Shown: in pieces, positions 39,841 to 49,827 of the stretch
Numbering within the stretch: position 1 is the stretch's first letter
How the letters are laid out: every line of letters begins with the position of its first letter
Assembly: GCA_963667015.2 (NCBI GenBank)
Contig: CAXXJJ010000004.1
Location: 3,392,001 to 3,456,000 of the forward strand
Length of the DNA: 64,000 bases
Direction: 5' to 3'
From: Desulfatiglandales bacterium
Lineage (GTDB): Bacteria > Desulfobacterota > DSM-4660 > Desulfatiglandales > HGW-15
The notes under the pieces: generated by a model
What the model was told of the DNA's origin: nothing
Databases searched by the model: none
The model's input: only the letters and a program-made list of their open reading frames with translations
Made by a program: the position numbers and the translations under genes

Positions 39841-40796
39841 TGCGCCCCATCCTCCATATCCATGTCGGCAAGTATTTGGCTTTCCTTGACACTCACAGGA
39901 AACTCCTTCTTCAGGCCATCCAGCCATTTTTTAAACATTAATTCCCTTTTTTCCATAGATATTTTCTGTTCTATTTCTCTTACGGCCTCAGGGAACTCTT
40001 TTATGCCTTCGTCCTTTATATCTATAACTTTAAACACATGAAAACCATAGGGAGATTCAAGTATTTTGCTGATTTCTCCCTCCTTGAGGGAAAAAATAAA
40101 TTTGTCTATGGTTTCGTCGAGCTGTCCTTCCGAGACCCACCCGAGCATTCCTTCATCTTCTGCTTCAGGTGCGGCGGAGTATTCCTTTGCAAGTTCACGT
40201 ATGCTGCTTCCATTATTTATCAGGTCAAGGACAGTTTCCATTTCCTCTTTCGTTTTGGTGACAATCTGTCTTACCTGAACCATGCGGGGATGCCTGAATT
40301 CTTCCAGGTGTTTTTCATAATAATCTTTAGTTTCCTCAAAAGTTACACTAACGGAGCTGCCCACAATAGTATTGACAATTTTTTTAATAAGAAGTTCTTC
40401 GCCAAGATCTTTTTCCCACTCGCTGTAATCAATGTATCTTTCTAAAAGTATTTCTTTGAAAACATCGTCAGGATAATCCTGGCGTAATATTTTCACAGCG
40501 GATTCCAGCTCTTCAGGCGATACTGTTACTCCATTTTTTCGGCCGTATTCCAGTATCAGTTTTTTTTCAACTATCTTATTTAAAATCGACTTTATACCGG
40601 TCTTGACATCATTATCTGTTATTCCCATATCAAATATGACGCGTTCTATTTCTTTATGAACCTCTTTTCTGTTGAGGGACGTATCCCCGATGATCATTAC
40701 TGCCTCTTCTTCAGGCTTTTCAATGAGATTGCAAGAATAAGTCCATAGAAGAAATATTATCAGTAAAAAAATAAAAATTCGATACCGTTTAGACAC
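39837..40796 (-). CDS. PpiC-type peptidyl-prolyl isomerase with SurA N-terminal domain
   Basis: VRQIV, LAKEYSAAPE...GMLGW and ESPYGFHVFKV. Confidence 0.88.
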   Translation of the reverse strand: MSKRYRIFIFLLIIFLLWTYSCNLIEKPEEEAVMIIGDTSLNRKEVHKEIERVIFDMGITDNDVKTGIKSILNKIVEKKLILEYGRKNGVTVSPEELESAVKILRQDYPDDVFKEILLERYIDYSEWEKDLGEELLIKKIVNTIVGSSVSVTFEETKDYYEKHLEEFRHPRMVQVRQIVTKTKEEMETVLDLINNGSSIRELAKEYSAAPEAEDEGMLGWVSEGQLDETIDKFIFSLKEGEISKILESPYGFHVFKVIDIKDEGIKEFPEAVREIEQKISMEKRELMFKKWLDGLKKEFPVSVKESQILADMDMEDGAQ

Positions 40797-41120
40797 TTTG
40801 TCCTTCCAACAGGTTGATTTCCCCTAACTGCTTAAAATACCCGGAAATTTATGAACTTAATAGACTAACAGCTCAGTAAAAAAATGCAAGAAATAAATTG
40901 CTTCAGGTTGAAATGACAAGATATTCATTTTGTTAAATAAATGACTAAATACAATTGATTCTTCAGCGTATTTATATTATTGATATCTATACCTTGATAC
41001 TGGGGATTTTCTGTTCATCAATATTCAAATTCGGATCTTTTCTGTGGCTATTTTAACCAATGATAGGCTGTTTTCGCTATTATATTTTAGCAAATATCGG
41101 ACCAGTTTTTCCCTGCTGCT

Positions 41121-41180
41121 TGTAACTTATTGAATAAACACAATAATTACCCTCAAGGGCTTTTCGGCATAATATATGCT
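41121..41180 (+). promoter_or_regulatory. Candidate sigma-54 promoter with an upstream IHF-like site
   Basis: CGGCATAATATATGCT has GG at 41166-67, ten nucleotides, then GC at 41178-79. TAACTTATTGAATA at about 41123-41136 resembles an IHF site. Confidence 0.45.
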
Positions 41181-41281
41181 AATACTGACTTAGATAACCT
41201 CGCCTTATTAAAAATAATTTTCAGGGAATTTTTTCGTTAAATTAACCGTATTTATAATAAAGAGTAGTAAGGAGTGACCCT

Positions 41282-42214
41282 ATGAACGGCAGAGAGAATA
41301 GCTTATCTATCAATATCAACAAGGTGCGACATGTTTATAAGGCAGGAAATGTTGCTATAAACGGTATTAACCTTGAAATTTCGACCGGTTTGTTCGGGTT
41401 GCTTGGCCCGAACGGGGCTGGAAAAAGTACACTTATGCGAATTATCTGCACTCTTCTCGTTCCTACAGAGGGGCATGTTACTGTCGGGGGATTCGATGTC
41501 GTAAAGGAGCGCAGGCAGGCAAGGAGACTCCTTGGCTATCTTCCTCAGGAATTTAACGCCTGGCGGCTCCAGCGGGTTGAAGAGGTTCTGGATACCCTTG
41601 CGACACTTTCAGGCATGGAAAACAGTTCAGAAAGAAAACAGCGGGTCATTGAGATACTCGAGTCAGTCGGCCTTGGAGATGTTGCAGGACGAAAGGTAAA
41701 AAAACTCTCGGGAGGTATGGTCAGAAGGCTCGGAGTGGCCCAGGCCCTCATACATGATCCTAAGATATTGATAGTGGATGAACCTACTGTCGGCCTGGAC
41801 CCTGAAGAACGGATACATTTTCGTCAGTTGATGGCAAAACTCGGAAAGGACCGGATAATTGTCCTTTCAACACATATAGTAGGGGATCTGGGCGCAGGAT
41901 GCCATGACCTGGCATTAATCGATCATGGAAAGGTTGAGTTCAGGGGAAGCCCTGAAACCCTTATAGAACAGGCCAAAGGTATTGTTTTTGAGATTACCCT
42001 CGCCGAGGGAGATAGAGCCATTCCTGAGGGAGATTTCGAGGTGGTTTCTCAGGAGCAGAGACTGAAAAGAACAGTCATAAGAGCCGTAGCTAAGGATGGA
42101 ACAATACCCGGGGGAGCGGTTCCGGCAGACAATCCTACCCTTGAGGAGGCTTACCTGGCCTTTATGTCTGTCCTAACCAGGAAGAAAGGCTATTCGCAAG
42201 GGGAGGCAGAATAA
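41282..42214 (+). CDS. ABC transporter ATP-binding protein
   Basis: GPNGAGKST, GYLPQEF, LSGGM, IVDEPTVGLDP and LSTH. Confidence 0.95.
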   Translation: MNGRENSLSININKVRHVYKAGNVAINGINLEISTGLFGLLGPNGAGKSTLMRIICTLLVPTEGHVTVGGFDVVKERRQARRLLGYLPQEFNAWRLQRVEEVLDTLATLSGMENSSERKQRVIEILESVGLGDVAGRKVKKLSGGMVRRLGVAQALIHDPKILIVDEPTVGLDPEERIHFRQLMAKLGKDRIIVLSTHIVGDLGAGCHDLALIDHGKVEFRGSPETLIEQAKGIVFEITLAEGDRAIPEGDFEVVSQEQRLKRTVIRAVAKDGTIPGGAVPADNPTLEEAYLAFMSVLTRKKGYSQGEAE

Positions 42215-45200
42215 TGATGAATATAAAATCGGTTTTATCAATCGCCCTGGCAGAAACACGTGTAACCAGGCGTCTTGTACGTTACTGGCTTTTTCTGTCA
42301 TTTTCTTATCTTATGGTCTTTATAGTTTTCATGTACTACTCGGCAATTCATGGCCTTTATTCATCATATTCGGCCAGTGTAGGCCTGATAAGCCCGAGGA
42401 ATCTTGTAAGCGTTATGGGGCTGTATTATCTGGCTATTTACTGCATAGGAGTCATCTTCCTTGCATTTGATGTAAGGGCCAGGGATAAAAGAGAAAGGAT
42501 GTACGAGGTTCTTGATTCGCGGCCCTATACTAACCTGGAGCTGGTATCAGGTCGTTTTCTGGGAATACTTATCCCAGCTTGGGTTCCCATTGTTATACTT
42601 GGAATCCTTCTCGAGTTGCTGGGTTTTCTTCTCAAGGCCAGTGGCCTGCCAATTGGTGAACCGGTTGAGATAAATTCTCTACTGACCTTTACCTTTTTGA
42701 TGAGCCTGCCGGCCCTTGCATTCATGATTTCCATAACCTTTCTCTTTACGCTACTCCTGCGAAACAGACTGGCAGCCGCGGTTGCTCTTATAATTTTTTT
42801 AGGAGGCTGTTATGTCGGCATGACATTTTTGCCGGCGTACATTGGGCAGTTGCTCGATATTCCCGGTTACCTTAATGTAGAACTCTATTCTTCTGATATT
42901 GCGCCGTCTTTTTTTGATGCAGGCAGATTCCTGCTTCGCGGGGCAGTACTTATTGCTTCTCTGGGCATACTGTTCATCTGTACAGCGGTGCACCCCCGAC
43001 TTGATGACTGTTCACGGGCAAGGTCAGCCGTGAGCGGGATTGCTATCTTTCTGATCGCGGCAGTTATGGCGGGAGGAGTATATTTAAGGGATGTAAAAAC
43101 CTTTGGAAAGAGTGAAACCTGGCTCAAGGCACACGCTGAATACTCAAAATACCCGGTTCCCGACCTTAAAAAAGTTTCAGGACAGGTAAACATAGACCCT
43201 GGCAAAAATCTTGATATTGACATAAAAATAAGTTTCAGTGCGCCTGAATCAGAATCATTGGACAATGCCATTTTCACTGTTAACCCGGGTCAGGAGGTGA
43301 CGGAGCTCCTTGATTCATCGGGAAAGCCCCTTAACTACACAAATGAAAACGGTTTACTGAATATCAGCTTTTCGGTGCCGCTTTCCCCTGGAGAAGAGAC
43401 CACTGTCAGCCTGAAGATACGTGGTATACCAGACAACAATTTTGCATATCTTGACAGCGTTGTTGATCCCAGAAAACTCGAATTAAGAAACGGAAATATC
43501 GCCCTTCTCGGCAATAAGAATGCGATCTATGATTCTAACTTTGTGACCCTGATGCCTGCCCTCAGGTGGCTTCCTGCTCCAGGCCCCTTAAATGGCAAGG
43601 ATGATCACAGTATACGAACTGCAGACTATTTTAATGTGGACCTGAATGTAAAACTCCCAAAGGGCTGGCTTGTTGCTGGTCCGGGAAGGCGCAATATGGT
43701 AAAGGAAGAGTCTGACTGCAATGTCTTTCGTTTTTCACCTCCTTCAGTTGTACCGGAGGTTGCACTTATTGCTTCCGAGTTTGAAAGTCGTTCCTTTGAG
43801 ACAGATAATATTTTGATGGAACTCCTTATCCACAAAAAACATGTGAAAAATATCGAAATTCTTGATGAGGCAGGAGAAAAGGTCAGGGAATATATAGAAA
43901 GCAGGATAAAAGAGGCAAAAGAAAATGAACTTTTTTACCCCTATGATGGTCTAACCCTTGTAGAGATACCTACTGTCCTGAGAACCTATGGCGGAGGATG
44001 GCGTCTTGACAGCGTCCAGTCACTGCCGGGTGTCCTGCTGCTAAAGGAGCTTTCTCTGCCGACCTCGCGCTTTGACTCGGCGTTCAGGAAACCTGAAAAT
44101 TTCAAAAACATGGAGGGAGGTATCGTACAGGCCAAGTGGGAAAGACTCCAGACATATTTTAAGAATGATATTACAGGGGGCAATGTATTTACAGGGGCAT
44201 CAAAAAATTTCTTCCTGTTCCAGACCTCTTCCTCCGGACCTGAAAGCCTGGCCGTTGACTTTGTCATGGATACGCTGGCAGGTCTTGTGGTTACTGATAC
44301 AAAGGGATATTTTTCGGCTCATATTTTAATTGATCCGGCCGGAATAGACCAGGTTACCAATAACACACTGCGAGACTATTTTCAGCGCAGGGGAATAGGT
44401 GAAACTATAATGAATGCAGCAATCAACCTGAGAACATCACGCCCGGTAATATGGGAAAAGGCCCTTGAAACGCCGCTCAGGGATATGGATCCATGGAAAG
44501 ATCCGGAGGATATGGTGGATGTTCTTGCCTTAAAGGGATATGCCGTAGCAGATACTATATATAAGATGCTGGGCAGAGAAAAAACAGCGGCCCTCCTCGC
44601 ATTAATTCGAAAAAATCATACAGGAGGAGTCTTCACTTACGAAGATATGCTCAATGCAGGCATAGAGCTTGGATATGATCTGGATGAACAGCTCGGTGAC
44701 TGGCTGGGAGGTACCGGACTCCCGGGTTTCGTGGTCCCGGAGGCCAAAGGATACAGGATAGAAGATGATGAAAACGGTGCGCCCCGATATCAGCTGCTCT
44801 TCACGGTTAGAAATGATGAACCTGTACCAGGGGAATTTAACTTTTCCTTCTATTATCAGAAGGAAAATCAGACGCCTGAGCTGACTCAAAGTGAACCCAT
44901 TCACCTTGACGGAAGGCATGCCATTCAATACGGAACAATTGTTTCCAGGGTGCCGACCATGTGTTTCCTGAAGCCATATCTTTCATTTAACAGGAGTACC
45001 TTTGAATTAAATATGAATACCATAGATCCTCAAAAGATTGTAAAGGAGGATCCTATTACAGGGGTTCATGAGATCCCGTGGGAGATACCTGTTTCATCTT
45101 CGATAGTAGTCGATGACCTAGATGATGGTTTCAGTACTGTAACAGAAGGTAAGGATAATAAGGGATTACGTTTAAAATCAAAGAAGAAGGATGATCGGGA

Positions 45201-45645
45201 CACTGACCAGGGACTGCCCTATATATCAGCAAACATACTGCCCGGCGGAGCGCGTATGCCCCGTGATTGGTCACGCATGACCAGTAGTGTGCCCTTTGGT
45301 AAATACAGGCATACAGCCGCGATAATCAGACCCGGTGAGGGTGATAAAAAGGCCCTGTTCCAGGCCACCCTGCCGGAAAGCGGGGCATGGGATCTGGAAG
45401 TTTACATTCCCATAAAAAGCATGTTCCCCGGAAAGGAATGGGGGACATGGCATTTGGGCGTAACAGATGATAATGGAGACAGACAGGAAGTTGAATTTGA
45501 TTCAAAAGCAGGAAACGGGAGATGGAGCCTTGCCGGCAGGCTTGATCTTCCAGAGGGAAAAGTAACCGTTGATTTATCCAATCTGACAGATGGTGATCTT
45601 GTGGTAGCCGATGCAATACGCCTGACGCCTGCTGCAGCAAATTGA
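42214..45645 (+). CDS. ABC-2-type permease fused to an M1-aminopeptidase-like ectodomain and a C-terminal golvesin/CBM-like domain
   Basis: N-terminal multi-TM region (RDKRERMYEVLDSRP), a large soluble region with YPYDGLTLVEIP, and C-terminal IVVDDLDDGF...GRWSLAG...VVADAIRL. No HEXXH seen. Confidence 0.7.
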   Translation: MMNIKSVLSIALAETRVTRRLVRYWLFLSFSYLMVFIVFMYYSAIHGLYSSYSASVGLISPRNLVSVMGLYYLAIYCIGVIFLAFDVRARDKRERMYEVLDSRPYTNLELVSGRFLGILIPAWVPIVILGILLELLGFLLKASGLPIGEPVEINSLLTFTFLMSLPALAFMISITFLFTLLLRNRLAAAVALIIFLGGCYVGMTFLPAYIGQLLDIPGYLNVELYSSDIAPSFFDAGRFLLRGAVLIASLGILFICTAVHPRLDDCSRARSAVSGIAIFLIAAVMAGGVYLRDVKTFGKSETWLKAHAEYSKYPVPDLKKVSGQVNIDPGKNLDIDIKISFSAPESESLDNAIFTVNPGQEVTELLDSSGKPLNYTNENGLLNISFSVPLSPGEETTVSLKIRGIPDNNFAYLDSVVDPRKLELRNGNIALLGNKNAIYDSNFVTLMPALRWLPAPGPLNGKDDHSIRTADYFNVDLNVKLPKGWLVAGPGRRNMVKEESDCNVFRFSPPSVVPEVALIASEFESRSFETDNILMELLIHKKHVKNIEILDEAGEKVREYIESRIKEAKENELFYPYDGLTLVEIPTVLRTYGGGWRLDSVQSLPGVLLLKELSLPTSRFDSAFRKPENFKNMEGGIVQAKWERLQTYFKNDITGGNVFTGASKNFFLFQTSSSGPESLAVDFVMDTLAGLVVTDTKGYFSAHILIDPAGIDQVTNNTLRDYFQRRGIGETIMNAAINLRTSRPVIWEKALETPLRDMDPWKDPEDMVDVLALKGYAVADTIYKMLGREKTAALLALIRKNHTGGVFTYEDMLNAGIELGYDLDEQLGDWLGGTGLPGFVVPEAKGYRIEDDENGAPRYQLLFTVRNDEPVPGEFNFSFYYQKENQTPELTQSEPIHLDGRHAIQYGTIVSRVPTMCFLKPYLSFNRSTFELNMNTIDPQKIVKEDPITGVHEIPWEIPVSSSIVVDDLDDGFSTVTEGKDNKGLRLKSKKKDDRDTDQGLPYISANILPGGARMPRDWSRMTSSVPFGKYRHTAAIIRPGEGDKKALFQATLPESGAWDLEVYIPIKSMFPGKEWGTWHLGVTDDNGDRQEVEFDSKAGNGRWSLAGRLDLPEGKVTVDLSNLTDGDLVVADAIRLTPAAAN

Positions 45646-45659
45646 AAGAGAGAGAATAA

Positions 45660-46760
45660 ATGACAGAGAATCGTGCCTTTATCAGAACAGTTATAATTGT
45701 TATTATCTTGTTTTTCGTTTTCCTTTCAGGATGCTCCCAGGAAAATCCTGCAGAAAAGGTTGAATTTCTGGTGCCGGTTACCGTGACAACGGTGGGTAAA
45801 ACCGATGTAGAAGACAAAATCACTGCCACCGGTACACTTCGCACCAGCACAGTTGCGGTGCTCGAGGTTGATACAGGAGGTGTCCTGGAATTCCTGACAG
45901 ACAAAGATGGAAAACGTTATCGTGAGGGAGACAGGGTAAGGGCAGGAGATGTAATAGCCCGAATCACGGGTGATGACGTGCGTCTTGCAGCAGGAAAAGA
46001 GGCCTCTTATCAAAGGTTCAAGACCGCAAAAGAGGATTATGAATCCACTAAAAAGCTATATGATGAAGGATTTAAAACTAAATCCGAGCTGCTGAACGCC
46101 CAGTCCTCCCTTGAAGATGCCCGGACAAACTATGAAAAAAGCCTAAAAACGGAAAACCGCAGCCAGCTGGTAACCCCTATTGACGGGGTCATCCTGAGGC
46201 TTGCCAGGGACAGGGACAACCAGAATCAACCCCTGGCAGTCGGCCAGTATGTAAATCCGGGGACCGAAGTAGCGAGGATAGCTCCGACCGATGTACTGGT
46301 AGCGGATGTCAACCTTGTTGCCCAGGATATCCCAAAGGTCAGAGAAGGACTTTCTGCAAGGATTCAGCACTATGCCTGGAAAGACGAGATATTTTCCGGA
46401 AAGGTGGCCCGGCTGGACCCTGTAATTGATACGGTTACAAGGGCATTAAAGGTTGAGGTAGAGGTCGATAATCATGAGGGGAAACTCAGACCGGGAATGT
46501 TTGTAGAGGTTACCATAGTCAATGAACAAAGGAAGGATGTACCATGCATCCCCAGGGAGGCGGTAACAAACAGGGGCGGCAAATGGGTTGTATTTCTCCT
46601 GAAGGGCCAGAGGGTTGCAATGAAGGAAGTGGTCCTCGGCCTTGGAGATGATAATATCGTTGAAATTCGGGAAGGCCTTTCGGAAGGTGAGAGAGTTGTC
46701 ACAAGAGGACTGGAAACCCTTGCTGATCAGACACGAGTCCGTGTAACAGGAAATAATTGA
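45660..46760 (+). CDS. RND periplasmic adaptor (membrane fusion protein)
   Basis: Lipobox LSGC, EGDRVRAGDVIA, TPIDGVI, LRPGMFVEV, IPREAV and GLSEGERVV. Confidence 0.93.
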   Translation: MTENRAFIRTVIIVIILFFVFLSGCSQENPAEKVEFLVPVTVTTVGKTDVEDKITATGTLRTSTVAVLEVDTGGVLEFLTDKDGKRYREGDRVRAGDVIARITGDDVRLAAGKEASYQRFKTAKEDYESTKKLYDEGFKTKSELLNAQSSLEDARTNYEKSLKTENRSQLVTPIDGVILRLARDRDNQNQPLAVGQYVNPGTEVARIAPTDVLVADVNLVAQDIPKVREGLSARIQHYAWKDEIFSGKVARLDPVIDTVTRALKVEVEVDNHEGKLRPGMFVEVTIVNEQRKDVPCIPREAVTNRGGKWVVFLLKGQRVAMKEVVLGLGDDNIVEIREGLSEGERVVTRGLETLADQTRVRVTGNN

Positions 46761-46764
46761 TATT

Positions 46765-49700
46765 ATGTATATTCTGGCACGCTACGCAACTAGACGACCT
46801 GTAGCTGTAACTGTGATGGCTGCAGCCATTATAATGCTGGGATGGATTGCCTGGAAGGATCTGCCGCTCGATCTTTTACCGGATATCCAGAGCCCGACAA
46901 TCCTTGTTTCAATAAAGTCAGGCGACAGGCCGCCTACCGAGATGGAACGGCTTTATGGAAAGCAGGTTGACTGGCTACTTTTTGCAGTAAACGGAATCAG
47001 ATCTATCGACCAGGTAGCCAGGTCCGGGAACCTTATCGCCCGTGTCACATTTGACTGGGATTCCGATATGGACATTGCCCTTGTTGATGTTCAGAAGGCA
47101 GTCAGTCCTATTGCCGCAGACACGGATGTAGATGAGGTAATTGTGCGCAGGCAGGACCCCCGCCAGCTCCCTGTCCTTACAATAGGGGCTGTAGCCACTG
47201 AAGGGACGCCCAGCCTTACCGAACTGTACAGAATGGCTGACAGGATGATAGCCCCCGCCTTTGAACAGCTCGAAGGAGTTGCAGAGGTTCGAATTACCGG
47301 CGGGCGGAAAGAAGAGGTTAGGGTCATCGTTGACCGGTACCTGATGGAAGCTCATTCCGTAACCATGGCTACCCTTGAACAGCGACTCACGGCGGCAAAT
47401 CTTGACTTCAGTGCCGGCACCCTGGAAGAGGGTGATAACGTGTATCTGGTAAGGGGAATATCAAGGTACAACACTATCGATGATATCTCCAGGGTTGTGG
47501 TTAAATATGACCGGGATTCAGACAACAGGATTGCCCCTGTAAAAATAAGTGATGTTGGCAGGGTGATCCTCACGGAAAAGGATGTCAATAATCTTGTACT
47601 TGTGGACGGAAAAGAGGGTGTAAGCCTTTCCATATACAAGGAGGCCGGGGCAAACACTGTCAAGGTCTCCCGGAATGTGAGAGAAGCCCTTGCAAGCATG
47701 GAAAAAGAACTCTCTGATGTTGAGTTCAAGATCGTGAGTGATGAAGCCGCACTGGTGGAGGATGCCATTTCCGATGTTGAGAGCGCGGCGGTTATTGGAA
47801 TAATACTGGCGGTTATTGTCCTTACATTTTTTCTCAGGTCCATGGGTACAACAATAGTTGTTGCATCTGCTGTACCCGTATCTCTAATGGCAACACTTTT
47901 TGCCATGCATTTTGCCGGGCAGAGCCTCAATCTGATGACCCTCGGCGGAATGGCCCTGGGTGCGGGTATGCTTGTAGACAATGCCATTGTTGTAATTGAA
48001 AGCATTTTCCGCAGGCGGGCGGAAGGTGATCCCCCCGAAGAAGCCGCTCCCAGGGGGACCGCCATGGTTGCCGGTGCCATCGCATCCAGTACCCTCACGA
48101 CCTGTGTGGTTTTTTTACCGGTACTGTTTATACAGGGATTTGCCGCGAGAATAGTGTCAGGCATATCCTTTACCGTAGTAGTGTCACTTATAGCTTCTCT
48201 TGGTGTGGCGATTTTTTTAATCCCGGCACTTTCAGGATGGTTCCTTCCGAAACAGAAAACAAAGGCGATAGATCCCGGAAAGGCTAAAATAGAGAAATTT
48301 GTTCTTGGACTTTTAAAGCATCGATTTCTGGTTGTCCTTTCAGGTATTATCCTTGTCGGTATTTCAATATACGGCCTTATGGGCCTGGGAAGCGAGCTTA
48401 TGGCACCGGCTGACCCGAGACAATTTTCTCTGCGTATCACAGGCCCTCCCGGACAGAGGGTCGAGATGACAAAAAATATGACCTCGGTTGTTGAGGATAT
48501 TCTCCGGGAGGCGGCAGGAGATGATCTTCGCGCCATTCTCTCGGAAGTAGGAAAACTCCCCGAGGATGAGCATTTTATCCGCGAAGAAAGAACAGCCGAA
48601 AACAACTCCAGAATCATGGTTAATCTTTCTTCAGAGGGAAAGAAAGCAGGACAGGTGGTCGCATCCGCTTCACCGGCCATATCCGAACTTTCAAATGTAG
48701 AGGTTTCCTGGGAACTGGGCACATCTGCCATTGCAAGGGCAATCGGAAATACCGGGCCACCCATCCAGGTGGAAATATCAGGCCAGTCCATTGATGAACT
48801 TAGAAAAAGCGCAGCAGACATGCTCGAAAGATTAAAAACAGTTCCTGAACTTTGGAATGTCGAGTCTTCCTTTGAAGGCGGTTCCCCGGAGCTTCATGTT
48901 ATATTAAACCGGACCCTTTGTGACGGACTTGGTGTTGATATAGATACCATGTCCAGAATACTCGAAGCCGCAATTGACGGCAAGGTGGTAACCAGGATGA
49001 CAACCGGGGATGAAGAGAAGGATGTAGTCCTCAAAATCGAACGGGGTGATTATATTGACCTCAGATCCGTTCCATTTACCACTCCTGGAGGAGAGCGGCT
49101 TACGGTAGGGGATATTGCGGAATTTAAAGAGGTTGACGGAGCCCTTGAAGTCTTCCGAAAAAACCAGAAAAGGGTTGCAAGGGTTACTGCAAGGATAGCC
49201 CCGGGCGTTGATTACCCGGCTGCCCGGTCTGCTGCGGAAGCCGCTGTTAAGGATGTGGATCTGGGGCCTGGTTTGAGCGTGAAACTTACAGGAGAAGAGG
49301 AAGAAAGGGCGCAGACCTTCAGCGAGCTTGAATGGGCAGGTATCGTAGCGGTGATCCTTGTATTTATGGTCCTGGCCGGCACCTTCGAGTCTCTGCTTCA
49401 TCCCTTTACAGTTCTTTCATCCATCCCCTTTGCACTTGCCGGTGTGGCTGCGGTTTTAATACCGGGCGGCAGGCCGATCGGCATCATGGAGTTCCTGGGA
49501 ATCATCGTACTGTCAGGAATAGCTGTTAACGATGCCATCCTGATGGTTCAGACCGCACGCCATCTGATTAATAAGGGGATTGAAAGAAAAACTGCCCTCG
49601 CAAGGGCTGCGGCCATAAGGCTCAGGCCAATCATAATGACAACAGCTACCACGGCGCTTGCCCTTCTTCCCCTTGCAATGGGGATAGGTGAAGCAGCTCA

Positions 49701-49827
49701 GCTCAGGGCACCGCTTGCACGTACAATCATTGGAGGTATTATTGCTTCAACTCTGGCTTCCCTGTTTTTAATCCCATGTCTTTATCTGATTCTTGACTAT
49801 TTTCGTTTTAACCGGACAAAACCATGA
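46765..49827 (+). CDS. RND efflux permease (AcrB/MdtB-like)
   Basis: RRPVAV, LPLDLLPDI, GMLVDNAIVVIE, FESLLHPF and RLRPIIMTT. Confidence 0.95.
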   Translation: MYILARYATRRPVAVTVMAAAIIMLGWIAWKDLPLDLLPDIQSPTILVSIKSGDRPPTEMERLYGKQVDWLLFAVNGIRSIDQVARSGNLIARVTFDWDSDMDIALVDVQKAVSPIAADTDVDEVIVRRQDPRQLPVLTIGAVATEGTPSLTELYRMADRMIAPAFEQLEGVAEVRITGGRKEEVRVIVDRYLMEAHSVTMATLEQRLTAANLDFSAGTLEEGDNVYLVRGISRYNTIDDISRVVVKYDRDSDNRIAPVKISDVGRVILTEKDVNNLVLVDGKEGVSLSIYKEAGANTVKVSRNVREALASMEKELSDVEFKIVSDEAALVEDAISDVESAAVIGIILAVIVLTFFLRSMGTTIVVASAVPVSLMATLFAMHFAGQSLNLMTLGGMALGAGMLVDNAIVVIESIFRRRAEGDPPEEAAPRGTAMVAGAIASSTLTTCVVFLPVLFIQGFAARIVSGISFTVVVSLIASLGVAIFLIPALSGWFLPKQKTKAIDPGKAKIEKFVLGLLKHRFLVVLSGIILVGISIYGLMGLGSELMAPADPRQFSLRITGPPGQRVEMTKNMTSVVEDILREAAGDDLRAILSEVGKLPEDEHFIREERTAENNSRIMVNLSSEGKKAGQVVASASPAISELSNVEVSWELGTSAIARAIGNTGPPIQVEISGQSIDELRKSAADMLERLKTVPELWNVESSFEGGSPELHVILNRTLCDGLGVDIDTMSRILEAAIDGKVVTRMTTGDEEKDVVLKIERGDYIDLRSVPFTTPGGERLTVGDIAEFKEVDGALEVFRKNQKRVARVTARIAPGVDYPAARSAAEAAVKDVDLGPGLSVKLTGEEEERAQTFSELEWAGIVAVILVFMVLAGTFESLLHPFTVLSSIPFALAGVAAVLIPGGRPIGIMEFLGIIVLSGIAVNDAILMVQTARHLINKGIERKTALARAAAIRLRPIIMTTATTALALLPLAMGIGEAAQLRAPLARTIIGGIIASTLASLFLIPCLYLILDYFRFNRTKP

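Noticed and set aside
47352..48821. Long antisense ORF (489 aa), and similar shadow ORFs such as 8311-9063, 3121-3795 and 61364-61921
   Set aside because: They lie opposite well-supported genes and have no recognisable motifs; they are codon-bias shadows.
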